From: Hypanus sabinus | Taxonomy: Eukaryota | DNA: 64,000 bases | Direction of reading: 5' to 3' | Assembly (NCBI RefSeq): GCF_030144855.1 | Contig: NC_082731.1 | Coordinates: 26,722,001-26,786,000, forward strand | Shown here: one piece after another, positions 1 through 13,800 of the stretch | Position numbering within the stretch: the stretch's first letter is position 1 | How the letters are laid out: each line of letters begins with the position of its first letter | The notes under the pieces: generated by a model | What the model was told of the DNA's origin: nothing | Database searches by the model: none | What the model saw: only the letters and a program-made list of their open reading frames with translations | Translations under genes and position numbers: made by a program

Positions 1-840
1 ACCACTGGAAAAATGGGTGAAAAATGGCAGATGGTGCTGCACTTTGGGAGGATCAACCAGGGTAGGTTTTACATGGTGAGCAGTAGGGCACCGAGGAGTG
101 TGGTAGAACAGAGGCATGTGGGAATACGTATCTATAATTTCTTGAAAGTGGCGTGACAGGTAGATAGGGTCAGAAAGAAAGCTTTTGGCACATTGGCTTT
201 CATACAACAAAGTACTGAGTACAGGAGTTGGGATGTTATGTTGAAGTTGCGTAAGACATTGGGGAGGCCTAATTTGGAGTATTGTGTGCAGTTTTTGTCA
301 CCTACCTACAGGAAAGATGCAAGTTTAAAAGAGCACAGAGAAAATTTACAAAGATGTTGCCAGGAATTGAGAACATGAGTTATAGGGAAAGGTTGAATAG
401 GTTAGGAATTTACTCCTTAGAACATATACTGTAAGACTGTAGAACAGAGGGGGGTTCTACATGCTAAAAGAGGAGATTTGATGTAGGCATACAAAATTAT
501 GAGGGGTATAAATGGAAGCAGGCTTTTTCCACTGAGGTTGGGTTAGACTAGAACTAGAGGCCATGGTCTAAGGGTGAAAAGCAACATGTTTAAGGGGAAC
601 ATGAGGAGGAACTACTTCACAGAGGGTGGTAAGAGTGTGGAATGAGCTCCCTGTGTAAGTGGTGAATGTGTAGTCAATTTCAGCAAAATTTGGATAGGTA
701 CATGGATGGGAGGGGAATGGAGGGCAATGGTCTGGGTGCAGGTCGATGGGACTAGGCAGGATAATAGTTCAACATGGACTAGAAGGGTCAAAGCACCAGT
801 TTCTGTGCTATAGTGTTCCATGACCATCTATGACTCTATT
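1..840 (+). mobile_element. CR1-type LINE 3' fragment (RT C-terminus and 3' UTR)
   Basis: Degenerate ORF2 tail (LGRPNLEYCVQFLSPTYRKD) followed by a typical CR1 3' end. Boundaries approximate. Confidence 0.8.
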
Positions 841-1921
841 CCAGTCCTGGTGTCAATAGCCCTGTGTGAGGAACTTCCTCACCTTCTCTGAGATTGCCTT
901 TTACTAATAAGTCTCTGTTTTTGTGTCTTACTTCCACTTTCTAATTAAAATTCATTTTGTGGACATAATTTATACGTCCTTCATTCTTTTGAATGCTCTA
1001 TTCAATGTTCTCTGTGGATCAGTAAGTTTCCATCAATGCTATTGAGCATTGCATCCCGTCGTATCTAAACTAGATTTAAACGTTTCTAAACTAGATTCTC
1101 CCACACCAGCTATTCTTCTACTTCAACAGCCTGCTATCTGATTATTGCTTCTATGAAGCACCTTCTGATAATTCCCTATATTAAAACTATTCTTTAAATA
1201 CAAGTGTTTGCTGTTGAGTGCAATTGCCCAATTACTTTGCCCTGCAGACCAGCCTTGGACACACGAGCCCAATTGACCTTGATGAATAGTGACTGACAAC
1301 CAGAGGAAGTTTTTCCGAATAATGAGAAGTGCAGCAGGAAACAAAACCATAAAATTGTAAGGCAGACAGGAAGGACAGAAGGACAGAAGTCACTGGTGAC
1401 ACCTGTCAGATGTGAAGGAAGGAACTACCAAAGAGTATCAAATAAAACTGAATGACATTTTATTTATTAGTAATGTGGCCAGCAACTAACGAGCTCCTGG
1501 ATTGGTTGTATTGATGACTGGCTTCGTGGCTGTGGACTTACTTTTGTGAACTTCAGTTCTGAATGTTACTTGCTTACTTTAATTGTTTGCATGATCTGTT
1601 TGACAGCTTTCTCTTTTGATTGGTTCTATTGGGTTTCTTTATTTTCAGGCTGCCTGTAGGGATACAAACCTTAAGGTTGTATATAGTATAGATTCTTCAT
1701 TAACAAATGCACTTTGAACTTTGACTGAGAAAGCGAAGGCACAGCCCTTCAACCCATTAACAGGGGAAAACCACAGAGGCAGAGAAGGAGAAATTGTTAA
1801 TAGTTTGAAGAATGGAAAGACAGAAAGGCTGAAGACAGTGAGAGAGAGAGAGAGAGAGACTGTAGGGAAAGGAAGCAAGTTGTCTGTGTCAGTGTGTTGC
1901 AATCAGATTTATTATATGAAC

Positions 1922-3070
1922 ATAAGACCATAAGATATAGGAGCAGAATTAGTCTGCTCCACCACTTCAGTGTGGCTGATCCATTTTCCCTCTCAGCCCC
2001 AGTCTCCTGCCTTCTCCCTGTATCCCTTCACACACTGACGAATCAAGACAATTGCCATTTCTTTGCTCATTCTCTTAATCTCTCTAAGCCCTTCAGTAGC
2101 CTCTCTTCTTCCTCAAAACTATCTGCCCCTCCATCTAGCTTCATATCATCTACACACTTTGCAACAAAGCCATCTATTCCATCACCCAAATTGTTGACAT
2201 ATAACGTAAGGAGAATTGGTCCCAACACAGATCCCTGTGGAACACCACTAGTCACTGGCAGCCAACTAGAAAAGGCTCCCTTTATTCACACAGGATATGA
2301 TCCTGTACTGGGCTCAACCACAAGCTCCTCTAAAAAGCCATCTCATATGCATTCTAGAAATTCTCCATCTTGGGATCCAACACCAACCTGATTTTCCCAA
2401 TCTATCTGCATATTGAAATCCCCCATGACTATTGTAACATTGCTCTTTTATAATGCACTTTCTAATCCCTATTGTAATTGCAGGCCACATCCTTACTACT
2501 TCTGGGGGCTTTGCATACAACTCCCTTCAGGGTTTTTTTTACCTTTGCAGTTCATTAGCTCTACCCACAAAGAATCACACCTTCCAACCCTATGTTACTT
2601 CCTTCTAGTGATTTGATTTCAATTTTTTTTAACCAACAGAGCAGCACCACCCCCCCAACCCACCTCCCTGTCATTTTGATACAATGTGTATCCTGGATTT
2701 TAAGCTCTTTCAGCCACTATTCAGTGATATCCACAACATCATACATGCCAATCTGTAACTGTGCTATGAGTTCTTCTAACTTATTCTGTGCACGTTCAAA
2801 TACAACACCTTCAAGTCCTGTAGTTGCCTTTTCGATTTTGTCCGCCTTTTACGTTGCAACTCATCCTATTGACTGTAGTTTTGCCCCATCTTCAGCCTCT
2901 CCTTGCCAGCAGTCTCACTACACACTGCTCTGTTTGTAAACCAACTACCTCATCCTCAGCACTGTCATTCCGATTCCCACCCCCCTGCCAAATTAGTTTA
3001 AACCCTCCCAAACAGCTCCAGCAAACCTGCCCGAAGGGACATTGGTCACCCCTGGTTCAGGTTATCGTTG
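1922..3070 (-). mobile_element. CR1-type LINE fragment
   Basis: Minus-strand RT piece MTSGVPQGSVLGPILLTLYVNNL...KCVDDMKL (2067-2255), and the CR1 3' tail read as cataagaccataagatataggagcagaatt on +. Confidence 0.8.
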
Positions 3071-3084
3071 ACATATGACTACAA

Positions 3085-3870
3085 TTTGCAACAGTGTAGC
3101 CAACACAATTTAAAAGTAATTAGTGCAAAAAAAGAGAGAAAAATTAATAATGAGATAGTGTTTATAAAGGATTCAGAAGTCTGATGATGGAGGGGAGGAA
3201 ACATTTCCTAAAGTGTGGGCCTTAGGGCTCCTGTACTTCCTCCCTTAATGGTAGAAACCAGAAAACGTCAAGTCCCAGATGGCAAGAGCCCTTAATAATC
3301 GAGGCCACCATCTTTGGGCTCATCTCTTAAGATCCCTTTGAAGTTATGACGAGTTCTGCTCGTGGAGCTAGCTGAAGGTACAACACTCTGCAGCCTCTTT
3401 CCATGCAGTGTGCTGAAGGCTCCGAAGCAAACCAGTCAGAGTGATTTCCAGCATATATTTATAGAAATTTGTCAGAGTCTTTGGTGACAGGCCAACTCTC
3501 TTCAGATTCCTAACGATAGTTCCTTTCTCGTGGTTGTATTAATCTGTTGGAACCGAGGAATGTGAAACTTCTCACCTTTTCCACCGCCGACTCCTCCTGT
3601 GGGTTATCCTGACATCTGCTTCCTGGTCCACAATAACTCCTTGTTCTTGCCCATGATGAATGCAAAGTTGTTGATGCGACACCACACGGCAAGCTGATCT
3701 CTCTTCCTCCTGTAAGCCTTCTTTTTGCCACTGAGATTCTACCAACAGTGAAGTTATCCACAAATTTATAAATGGCATTTGAGCTGTGCTTAGATGGCTG
3801 AGGGTCTGTATTGGAAGGACTGAGTGAGAGACAAGCAATGTGTGGAGAGTGAAAGGTCTTGAAACACGGA
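3085..3870 (-). mobile_element. Rex1/Babar-like LINE 3' fragment
   Basis: Degenerate RT C-terminus (AIYKFVDNFTVGRIS, similar to IYKFADDTTIVGRI). Confidence 0.55.
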
Positions 3871-3927
3871 GAGATAAGATACAGAAAGATAGGTAAACAC
3901 AAAGTATACTGCAGATGCTGTGGTCAA

Positions 3928-5155
3928 ATCAACACATACAAACAAGCTGGATGAACTCAGCAGGTCGGGCAGCATCCGTTGAAACAAGCAGTTGACGTGA
4001 AAAATGCTATTCCCTATTCCCAGTTCCTCCATCTCCGCCGCATCAGTTCCCAGGGCATCCCAAATGTCTTCTTTCTTTAAGAATCATGGTTTCCCTTCTG
4101 CCATCATCAACGATGCCCTTACCTGCATCTCGTCCATTTCCTGCACTTCAGCCCTCACCCCATCCTCCCGTCACCACAACAGGGACCGTGTTCCCCTTGT
4201 CCTCACCTACCACCCCACCAGCCTCCAGATCCAGCATATTATCCTCTGCAACTTTCGCCACCTTCAACAGGACCCCTCCACTAGGGACATCTTTCCCTCT
4301 CTACCCCTCTCTGCTTTTCGCAGGGATCGTTCACTCTGTGACTGCCTGGTCCACACGTCCCTTCCCACAGATCTCCCACCTAGTACTTATCCCACAGATC
4401 TCCCACCTAGTACTTATCCCTGCAAGCGCAAGTGCTACACCTGTCCCTACACCTCCTCTCTTACCACCATTCAGGGCCCCAAACAGTCCTTCCAGGTGAG
4501 GCAACAATTCACTTGAGAGTCTGTTGGGGTCATCTATTGAATCCGCTGCTCCCAGTGCGGCCTCCTCTACATCGGCGAGACCCGATGCAGAGTGGGGGAC
4601 TGCTTCGTCGAGCACCTCTGCTCCATCCACAACAACAGACAGGATCTCCCGGTTGCCACCCACTTCAACTCTGCTTAACATTCCCATTCGGAATGTCCAT
4701 ACATGGCCTCCTCTACTGCCACGATGAGGCCAAACTCAGGTTGGAGGAGCAACACCTCATATACCGTCTGGGTGGTCTCCAGCCCCTTGGTATGAACATC
4801 GAATTCTCCAGCTTCTGGTAATTCCCTCCCTCTCCCTTCCCCCATCCCAGTTTCACTCTGCCTCCTCCTCCAGCTGCCTATCACCTCTCTCATGATTCTG
4901 CCTTCTTCTACTACCCATATTGCTTTCCCCTTAGATTCCTTCTTCACCTCTCCTGCCTATCCCCTCCCTGCATCCCCTCGCCCACCCTTTGATCTTTCCT
5001 CTGATTGGCTGACCACCCTACCCCCACCTTCTTTATAGGGCCCCGCCCCTCCTTTTCAGTCCTGACGAAGGGTCTCGGCCTGAAACGTTGACTGCTCATT
5101 TCAACGGATTCTGCCCTACCTGCTGAGTTCTTCCAGCTTGTTTGTATGTGTTGAT
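3928..5155 (+). mobile_element. Penelope-like element, 5'-truncated, with GIY-YIG endonuclease and inverted terminal pseudo-LTR
   Basis: RT tail (FFKNHGFPSAIINDAL...VPLVLTYHP) and endonuclease (CGLLYIGET...EEQHLIYRLGGLQPLGMNIEFS). 3928-3998 is an imperfect inverted copy of 5085-5155. Confidence 0.85.
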
Positions 5156-5242
5156 ACAGAAAGATGGGGTTGTTTATAAAGTGCATTTCACATCTCTGTT
5201 GTAAAGCTCTTCACAGAGAGCAAACTCCTTACTGATGAATCC

Positions 5243-7010
5243 ATGCCTGTCAATAGACAATAGACAATAGTGCAGGAGTATGCCATTCTGCCCTTTGAAC
5301 CAGCACCACCATTCAATGTGATCATGGCTGATCATCCACAATCACTACCCCAATCCTGCCTTCTCCCCATATCCCCTGACTCCGTTATCTTTAAGAGCTC
5401 CGTCCAACTCTTTCTTGAAAGCATCCAGAGACTTGGCCTCCACTGCCTTCTGAGGCAGAGCATTCCATAGATCCACAACTCTCTGGGTGAAAAGGTTTTT
5501 CCTCAACTCTGTTCTAAATGGCCTACCTCTTATTCTTAAACTGTGGCCTCTGGTTCTGGACTCCCCCAACATCGGGAACATTTTTCCTGCCTCTAGCGTG
5601 TCCAATCACTTAATAATCTTATATGTTTCAATCAGATCCCCTCTCATCCTTCTAAATTCCAGTGTATACAAGCCCAGTCGCTCCAATCTTTCAACATATG
5701 ACAGTCCCGCCATCCCAGGAATTAACCTCGTCAACCTACGCTGCACTCCTCCAATAGCAAGAATGTCCTTCCTCAAATTTGGAGACCAAAACTGAACACA
5801 TTACTCCAGGTGTGGTCTCACCAGGATCCTGCACAACTGCAGAAGGACCTCTTTGCTCCTATACTCAGCTCCCCTTGTTATGAAGGCCAACATGCCATTA
5901 GATTTCTTCACTGCCTGCTGTACCAGCATGCTTACTTTCAGTGACTGATGAACAAGGACACCTAGATCTCATTGTACTTCCCCCTTTCCTAATTTGACAC
6001 CATTCAGATAGTAATCTGCCTTCCTGTTCTTGCCACCAAAATGGATAACCTCACATTTAACCACATTAAACTGCATCTGCTGTGCATCTGCCCACTCACC
6101 CTACTTGTCCAAGTCATCCTGCATTCTCCTAACATCCACCTCATATTTCACACTACTACCCAGCTTTGTGTCATCTGCAAATTTGCTTATGTTACTTTTA
6201 ATCCCTTCAGCTAAATCATTAATGTATATTGTAAATAGCTGCGGTCCTAGCACTGAGCTTTGCGGTACCACACTAGTCACTGCCTGCCATTCTGAAAAGG
6301 ACCCGTTAATCCCTACTCTTTGTTTCCTGTCTGCCAACTAATTTTACATCCATGTGAGTACCCTACTCTCAATACCATGTGCTTTAATTTTGCCCACTAA
6401 TCTCCTATGTGGGACCTTATCAAAGGCTTTCTGTAAGTCCAAGTACACTACATCCACTGGGTCTCCCTTGTCCATGTTCATGGTTACATCCTCAAAAAAT
6501 TCCAGAAGATCAGTCAAGCATGATTTCCCCTTCATAAATCCATGCTGATTTGGACCAATCATCTTACTGCTATCTAAATGTGCCATTATTTCATCTTTTG
6601 TAATTGACTCCAGCATCTTCCCCACCACTGATGTCAGGCTAACTGGTCTATAATTCCCTGTTTTCTCTCTCCCTCCTTTCTTAAAAAGTGGGATAACATT
6701 AGCTATCCTTCAATCCTCAGGAACTGATCCTGAATCTATAGAACATTGGAAGATAATTACCAATGCTTCCACGATTTCTAGAACTACCTCCTTAAGTACA
6801 CTGGGATGCAGACCATCAGGCCCTGGGGATTTATCGGCCTTCAGTCCCATCAATCTACCCAACACCATTTTCTGCCTAATGTGAATTTCCTTCAGTTCCT
6901 CCGTTACACTAGGTCCTCTGGCCACTATTACATCTGGGAGATTGTCTGTGTCCTCCCTAGTGAAGACAGATCCAGAGTACCTGTTCAACTCGTCCTTCCA
7001 TTGCCCATCA
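5243..7010 (-). mobile_element. CR1-type LINE ORF2 fragment
   Basis: QHGFMKGKSCLTDLLEFFE, VVYLDLQKAFDKVPH, VPQSSVLGPQLFTIYINDL, SKFADDTKLG; 3' (aatagac)n tail. Confidence 0.9.
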
Positions 7011-7393
7011 CTTTCAATACAGCGTTCACCTGCAGAGATCCAGCAATATCAGGATCTGTGGAACAGAAAAAATCCTCCCGTGCACTGTTGCCTTCCTCTG
7101 CCAGACCCGCGCTGTCTGGCTACTAGTCTGACATCCAGTGGCCGTGAGGCGCCACTGCAGCTGCCTTCAGTTTGGTTGAAGCCTCTCCAATTAGAATAGT
7201 GCCACTGCCCCCTATTCATTGCATGTTGTTATTGCAACTTAGCAGCTCGCAAAACTCGAATTGGCTTCAGTCTTGTGGCGAGACCTATAATCGAGAAAAT
7301 GAAATCAAAACAGAGGCATGGAAGACCACAGATGTTGCAAATCTGATATATGAACAAAGATCTTGGAAATATGGGGCAGGCAGCATCTGTGAA

Positions 7394-7905
7394 TATTGGA
7401 ATATAAAAGTTGAAATTGTTTGCTGTGTAACCAAAACTATGTAGTCAGCTTTGAACTTGCTATTTGCCAGAGAATGAAATCTTAAGAATGTAGAAGGCAA
7501 TGGTGTGTTAATAAGAGGAAGCTAAGAGATATGGATTATGTAGTCTGAGTTTGCTATTTGCTCTGCATGTACGCAATTTAGTAGGAGAATGAAATCTTAA
7601 GAATGCAGAAGACAATGGTGTGTTAATGAGAGGTAGCTAAGAGATGTAGATTAGAACATGATTAAGTCAATGGGTAGAAACAATAGTGGCGGATGTACGT
7701 GTGGTACGCAACTATAGACCGATTGGATATGCTAATACAACTAAACCAGGAGACTGCTATAAAAAATGCTATGTCCAAGGATAAGTGGGCAATCAGCGAC
7801 TAGCTCAATGACTGTCTCAGCTTTGATTTGCAAATTAAAGTTTAACCCTTCTTGAAGAATCTTCTGCGTCTCCTGGTTGTTTGTGGGGCACGAGAAACCA
7901 CGACA
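7394..7905 (+). repeat. ERV 5' LTR
   Basis: Direct repeat of 15392-15994; starts TATTGG, ends GACA; TATAAAAA near 7757 and ATTAAA near 7834. Confidence 0.95.
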
Positions 7906-7909
7906 AAAT

Positions 7910-7927
7910 TGGCGACCGCGGCAGGAC
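7910..7927 (+). promoter_or_regulatory. Primer-binding site, tRNA-Arg(TCG)
   Basis: TGGCGACCGCGGCAGGAC, 4 nt after the LTR, is the 18-nt complement of the vertebrate tRNA-Arg(TCG) 3' end as I recall it (GTCCTGCCGCGGTCG-CCA). Confidence 0.85.
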
Positions 7928-8561
7928 CTGAAAGAGACCCGCGGAAAGGGAACGGCAGATTGGGGATGCTTCCCAGTCCTCTAGGGACCCCCACAATGCT
8001 AACAGAATTAAGGGTGCACCCAAACAAAAGGTAAGCGCTTTTTGCGACAATTTGGACTAAGAATTCTGTTGGTTTTGGGGAAGTCTTGGAGTCTCAGAAG
8101 TGTGGAACCACTGCCGAAGCGTCTCTCCGGTCCAAAGAATCTGGCAGAATTGGGGCTTAACAGGAGGCTCAGAGGATTGATCAAGAACACTGCAGTGACG
8201 GTAAGTACAAATAAGTTAATAAGAAATTAAGTTAAGAAAAATTCCACGTGGTGTTGGTAGATCTCTGTGGATACCGCTTCATATAAAATGAAGGTCTGAA
8301 CGGGCAGGGAAAGGGAAAATAGAGAAAATCCTGGTGGATACCGCCTTAAGAGATAAGGGTCTGAATAGACGAGGGCAAAGAGCAAGTTCTGAGGATACCG
8401 CTCTGAATAGAGGTCTGTACGGGCAGAACAGAATAAGATACAAGGACAGCCCAATATATAGCTGGTAGATAGACGACAGACTAGGCATAGAATTAGAGTA
8501 AATAATATTATCCAGTAAACGAACTGTGAATCTCTGAAATACCTTAAAAAGAGAGAACAAC

Positions 8562-10890
8562 ATGACAGGTAAAGGAATAGCAGTAGAGATTCTGAAAAAA
8601 AAATCCCGGTAAATAAATGTGAGATCACAAAAACTTCAGAAAAATGGGAAAAGAGAACCAAAAACCTGGTCACAAAGTGGCCAAGAGAAGGAACGTTTGA
8701 TGTAAGATTGTGCGAAGAAATGGAGGAACTAATTAAAAATTACAAACCAAAAGATAAATCTAAGAAAAGAGGGCAAAAAAGAGAATGAGAAACGGAAGTG
8801 CTAAAACTCTTCAGAATGGAGGGAGAAAGGCTGAGGAGGACAGGTAGAACATTGATTACAAACGAGGAAGACACTAGGGTGCTGGAGAAACAGCCTGTTA
8901 GAGAGAGAGGAAGGTACAGTGAGAAGCTGGCTTCAGCTCCGTACCCAGATGCGAAAGAAACAGAAAAGCCCCCTCCCTATAATGAGGAAGGAACCCCTAA
9001 GCAGTCCCCCCTGCTGACGGGAACAGTAAACATGCAGGGAGAAGTATAAGTTTGGGATAATGAGGAGGAAAGAAGACAATGTGAGAAGGAAAAAGCAGCG
9101 ATATGGAAGGAGATACAGGCAGAAAGGATAAAGGTGGAACAGGCAAAGAGAAATGGAAGAAGAGATTGAAAGGATGAAATACTTGAGAGATGAAAAGGAG
9201 TATGAAGAGTATTGGTTATACCATAGAAATAAACAGACTAGAAAAGAAAGTGGCCCATCAGGGCAGGAAGAGATGAGGCATTGAAGGAGAATTGGAAAAA
9301 AGATAGATGAGAGTCTTAGAGAAACACAAGAGAGAAGGGAATCAAGCACGAGTAAGGATCATGAGGAGTCCCTGCCACAGGTGTACAGACGCGAACAGAA
9401 AGAAAGAGAAGGTGACTCATTGGAGGAGCAAGAGTTAAGTGGAGAGAGAGAGGATGCGAGAATTTGTGGGGAAGAGGTAAGAGGCAGAAGCCTAGAAGAG
9501 CAGAAGGAGGTGGTCGGGGAGCGACATGCGGAAGTAGAGAGAGAGCCAGATAAGTTACTGAGAGGGGATTGCCAGAGGAGATGCAAAAAATACTCCAGGG
9601 GCCAACCAAGTATTGAATCATGACAGAAAGGAAGGACTCCACAGGGAGACCGAGGGAAGAAGAGGACCCTGGTGTCATTTGTGTCGGAGGCAGTAAAGTC
9701 ATACCCTGAGACAGATGGGGAGTCAGGTGAGGAGGAGAGCTAGGGCAGGTGGGAAGAAGGAGAAAGAATGATGCCATTGTTAGTTAAAGTATCAGGACAA
9801 GTGCAGTATATCCCTTGGGGATACCAGGATCGAGAAAAACACTCTGCCCAATCTACATGAAGGGGCAGGGAAATGGATTAGAGCCTTTGAAGAAGAAATG
9901 GTGGGACGATTATTGGCTATGGGAGATTTGAAGGCACTATTGATAAGGTTGATGGGAACCTCCCAATTTAACAAACTAATGGAAATGGCTGGCATATTAA
10001 ACTCGAACGACCCGAGAACTGATGGAGACAGGTTTGACAGAGTGAGGCAGAGGGTATGGCAGGCCCTCAGGAAGCTTTATCCACCCAAAGTGGACCCCAA
10101 AGCCTTAAAGGGGGATCCACTGGGGGACACTGAATACCCAGCAGCCTACGTAGAAAACCAGTTGAAAAGGTGGAGGCTGGAGACTGAGCAGGAGGTGGAA
10201 AATAGCTTATTTATCAACACACTGTTCCGACATAGCATTTTGGATGCAATGCCTTCGCAAGTAAAATCCAAACTGGAGGAAGTGGTTGGGCTGACATCAA
10301 TGACCCCACACGAATTTAGAGACCATGTAGTCCATGCAGTTGAGAAATACTGGAAAGACAAAAGAAGGTTGGCTGAGCAGCAGGAAGAGGTGCAAAGAAA
10401 GTTAATACGAATGCAGCTCAAAGAACTCAAAAAGAAGGAAAAAGAGAAAAGCAAAAAGATGCTGCCAGCAACCACCGGTCTGAGTACAGCCATCGAACTG
10501 GATGAAGCACCGCTATATGGAGGAACCGATCATACTGTAAGACAAGGGCCGGAAAACCCCATGCCAATAATCAATGACTTTGGAGAAGCATTCTCACAAA
10601 TGCCCTATCAGGAACAGACTAAATTCAAACAGCCTAGACAGGACTGCAAGTCCCAAGGAGGGGGACAGAGGAGCTATGGGCAGAGGGGACCGGTGAGGAA
10701 ACAGGGGGAAAGAGAGGTAGAGAGATTGTGCTGGGGATGTAATCAGCCAGGTCACATGAGAAGAGATTGTCCGTTTACACCATGGCCTGTCACACACCAG
10801 CAGGAATCGATAAGAAGGGAACTAAAGTTTAGCCAAGGACCAGCCCCCACAGGCCCAAGTGGACCTGTGAACCCCTATGCGAGGTATTAG
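8562..10890 (+). pseudogene. gag: ERV gag (frameshifted)
   Basis: ATG at 8562; PPPY late domain at 8969-8980; capsid-like ORF 9898-10890; CCHC knuckle CWGCNQPGHMRRDC; ends at TAG. Confidence 0.9.
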
Positions 10891-13800
10891 GGGTTCCCCG
10901 AGAACTCGAGTGGGAAGGGACATTACCCAATGATAACAAGGGAGACAGACGAGGAACCCGTTGTTCAGGTTATGTTAGAAGGGCAACTGACACCAATGAT
11001 GATAGATACTGGAGCCACGTACACTTGTGTACAGCCACAGTATGCCCTTCACCTTCCCATGTCAGGAAAGTTCATGAAGACGGTAGGGTTCTCAGGGAAA
11101 ACACAGTTGACACAGTACACGGCTCCAGTGCAGTTGAGAATGGGAAATAAATGAATTGTTTTGCCGGTACTAGTATTTAAAGGAACTCCGATTAATTTGT
11201 TAGGCAGAGATGCCTTATTGAAACTGAAGTTAAAAGTAGAATGCACCGGAAATGGGCTGAGTGTGGGAAGAGCAGGGGCTCAATTGATAGTGCGAGAAGA
11301 CAAAAAGGCTAATGTCTTTTGGATAGGAGACATCGCAGATCAGATTCAGGTAACCCAGGAAAAATGGAAAAAGGGCGTGCAGGTATATTACCCAGGGCTG
11401 TAATGCCCAAACCTGAGCTACATTGTACAGTGATTTTTGACGAGACTCAGAACAGGGAGTTAGAGGAGAGATGGCACCTGGAGGCATGTACCCAACAGCA
11501 CCTGGAAGGGGAGGCTGTGATAATTGGAAAGCAAGGGGCAGCTTTACAAGTTAAGTGGAACACCTTTTTAGAAAAATGGTACAGGATACCGGAGGCTGCG
11601 CCTCACGTAATGTTGTTGGTAACAAGGGATATCAGTCTAAAGATTTAGGACCCTTAGTTAAGAGTGCTGAAACCGTAACAGTGTGGAGGAAAATCACGTC
11701 AGAGGTGTGGATATCAGAAGACAACAATTGCATTAAAATAATGGTAAGTGTAGATATGGTAGGGACAGTGAGAGAGGTCGAAATAACTCCCCAACAACAC
11801 CTGCCCTTGCTGGGAAAGGAAGGAGGCCAGCAGAAAGATAAAAGGTTAAATGAGTTGCCATCTATTCGGTGGTCACAGCATGACACAGACCTAGGGAAAA
11901 TAAAAACAGCTAGTCCGGTGGAAATAAGGCTGAAAATGGGAGCAATTCCACCCAGGAGACCACAATACCCTCTAAGACCAGAAGCGGAAGAGGGAATAGC
12001 ATCGACAGTGCAGGGGTTGCTTGAAATAGGAGTGCTTAAAAGAAGAAACAGTCCATTCATCCGGTCTTAAAAGCAGATAAATCTAAGTGGAGATTGGTGC
12101 ACGATTTGTTAGCGGTAAATGATGTAGTAGAGGACTGGCCAGCGGTAGTCCCCAACCCACACACGCTTTTGACTAATGTTCCATCAGAAGCAAGTTACTT
12201 TTCAGTGATTGATTTGTGTTCGGCTTTCTTCAGCATTCCTCTAGCCGACCAGTGTCAGTATCTGTTTACATTTACTTACAGAGGTGCTCAGTATACCTAT
12301 ACCAGAATGCCGCAAGGATTTAAACATACACCACACGTTTTTAATCAGGTGTTGAAGGCAGACCTAGAGGGCATGCCATTGGAAAGTACATTGTTACAGT
12401 ATGTGGATGACCTGTTCATTTGCTCCCACAGTGAGGAACAGCGTGAGCAGGACACTATAACTCTGTTAGAGAAGCTAGCGCATGGAGGACATAAAGTATC
12501 CAAAAAGAAACTGCAATTTTTCACGCAGCAAGTGGAATACTTAGGCAGGGTAATATCCAAGGGAGTGAAGGCGATAGCACCAGATCAGATTGAGGCAATA
12601 ACTAAGGCCCCCAAACCCCAGACTGTAGGGCAGATGATGCCGTTTTTTGGAATGGCAGGGTACAGCTCAGATTGGATAAGAGAATATGCTGAGATTGCGG
12701 CACCTTTGAGAAAGATAATGAAAGAAGCAGGACTTACAAATTTGAAGAATGGCCTACAGTAGAATGGAGAGGTGGAGATAGCTTTCAATACTATTAAGCA
12801 AGAATTGCAGTCAGCACCAGCATTAGCTTTGCCTGGCTATGAGAAGGTTTTTCATTTGTATGTATCCAACCGACAGGAGGGTTATGTCACAACGGTTCTA
12901 ACACAGGAGACAGGCACAGGAAAAGCAAAGCAGCCAATAGCATACTACAATATGAGACTAGATGAGGTGGCACAGGGGTATCCACCCTGTTATCAGGGAT
13001 TGGTGGCGCTGTACTATGCATATGGAAAGGGCATTATCTGTAACCCTGGGCTATCCTGTGACTCTGGACACACACCACAAAGTAGTAGAATTGCTGGAAA
13101 GAGGGAAATTTGTGCAGCGTATCAGATGATACTGACATTTCCAGATGTAACTATACAGAGATGCACTACCAGTAATATAGCCGATTTTGTCCCTTTGGGC
13201 TATGAAGGAGAACCACATGATTGTGTAGGGAAGATGATGGCATTTGCCAAATTGAGAGCAGATTTACGGTCAGAACCACCGGAGGATGCAGATAAAAAGG
13301 TTCTGTTCGTAGATGGCTCTTGTGATAGGGATTATGATGGAAATCATGCAGGGTTCTCAGTAGTGCAGCAGGATCAGTCGAGCTATAAGATTATTTGGAT
13401 GGAGTCCTGTCCCCAACAGTGTTCCGCCCAACTAGCAGAAATCAAAGCCCTGACAGCTGTGTGTGAAATGATGGAAGGTGAGAATGTAGACATCTATACT
13501 GATTCGGCATATACTCATGGAGTATGCCATTTGTTTGGGGCAGTATGGAAGCAGAGAGGTTTTAAAAAAAGTAGCGGAGATCCCATACAACATTGTCAGC
13601 AAATTCTAGACTTAATAAAAGCCATAATGAAACCTAAAGCATTGGCAAAAGTAAAACGCCAGGCACATAAAAAAGGGAAAGGATGTAAAAAAAGGGAAAT
13701 CAAGCTGCGGACGAGGCAGCCAGAAAAGCGTCTGGATGTACACCAGCTGTCATTGCCCCCCAGGTAAGCCTAACTCCAGAACCTGAGGTAGAGGACCTAA

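Noticed and set aside
8798-9650. K/E-rich coiled coil that might be another myosin capture (similar stretches at 18780-18950 and 38450-38610)
   Set aside because: Low-complexity gag linker with no myosin-specific motifs.
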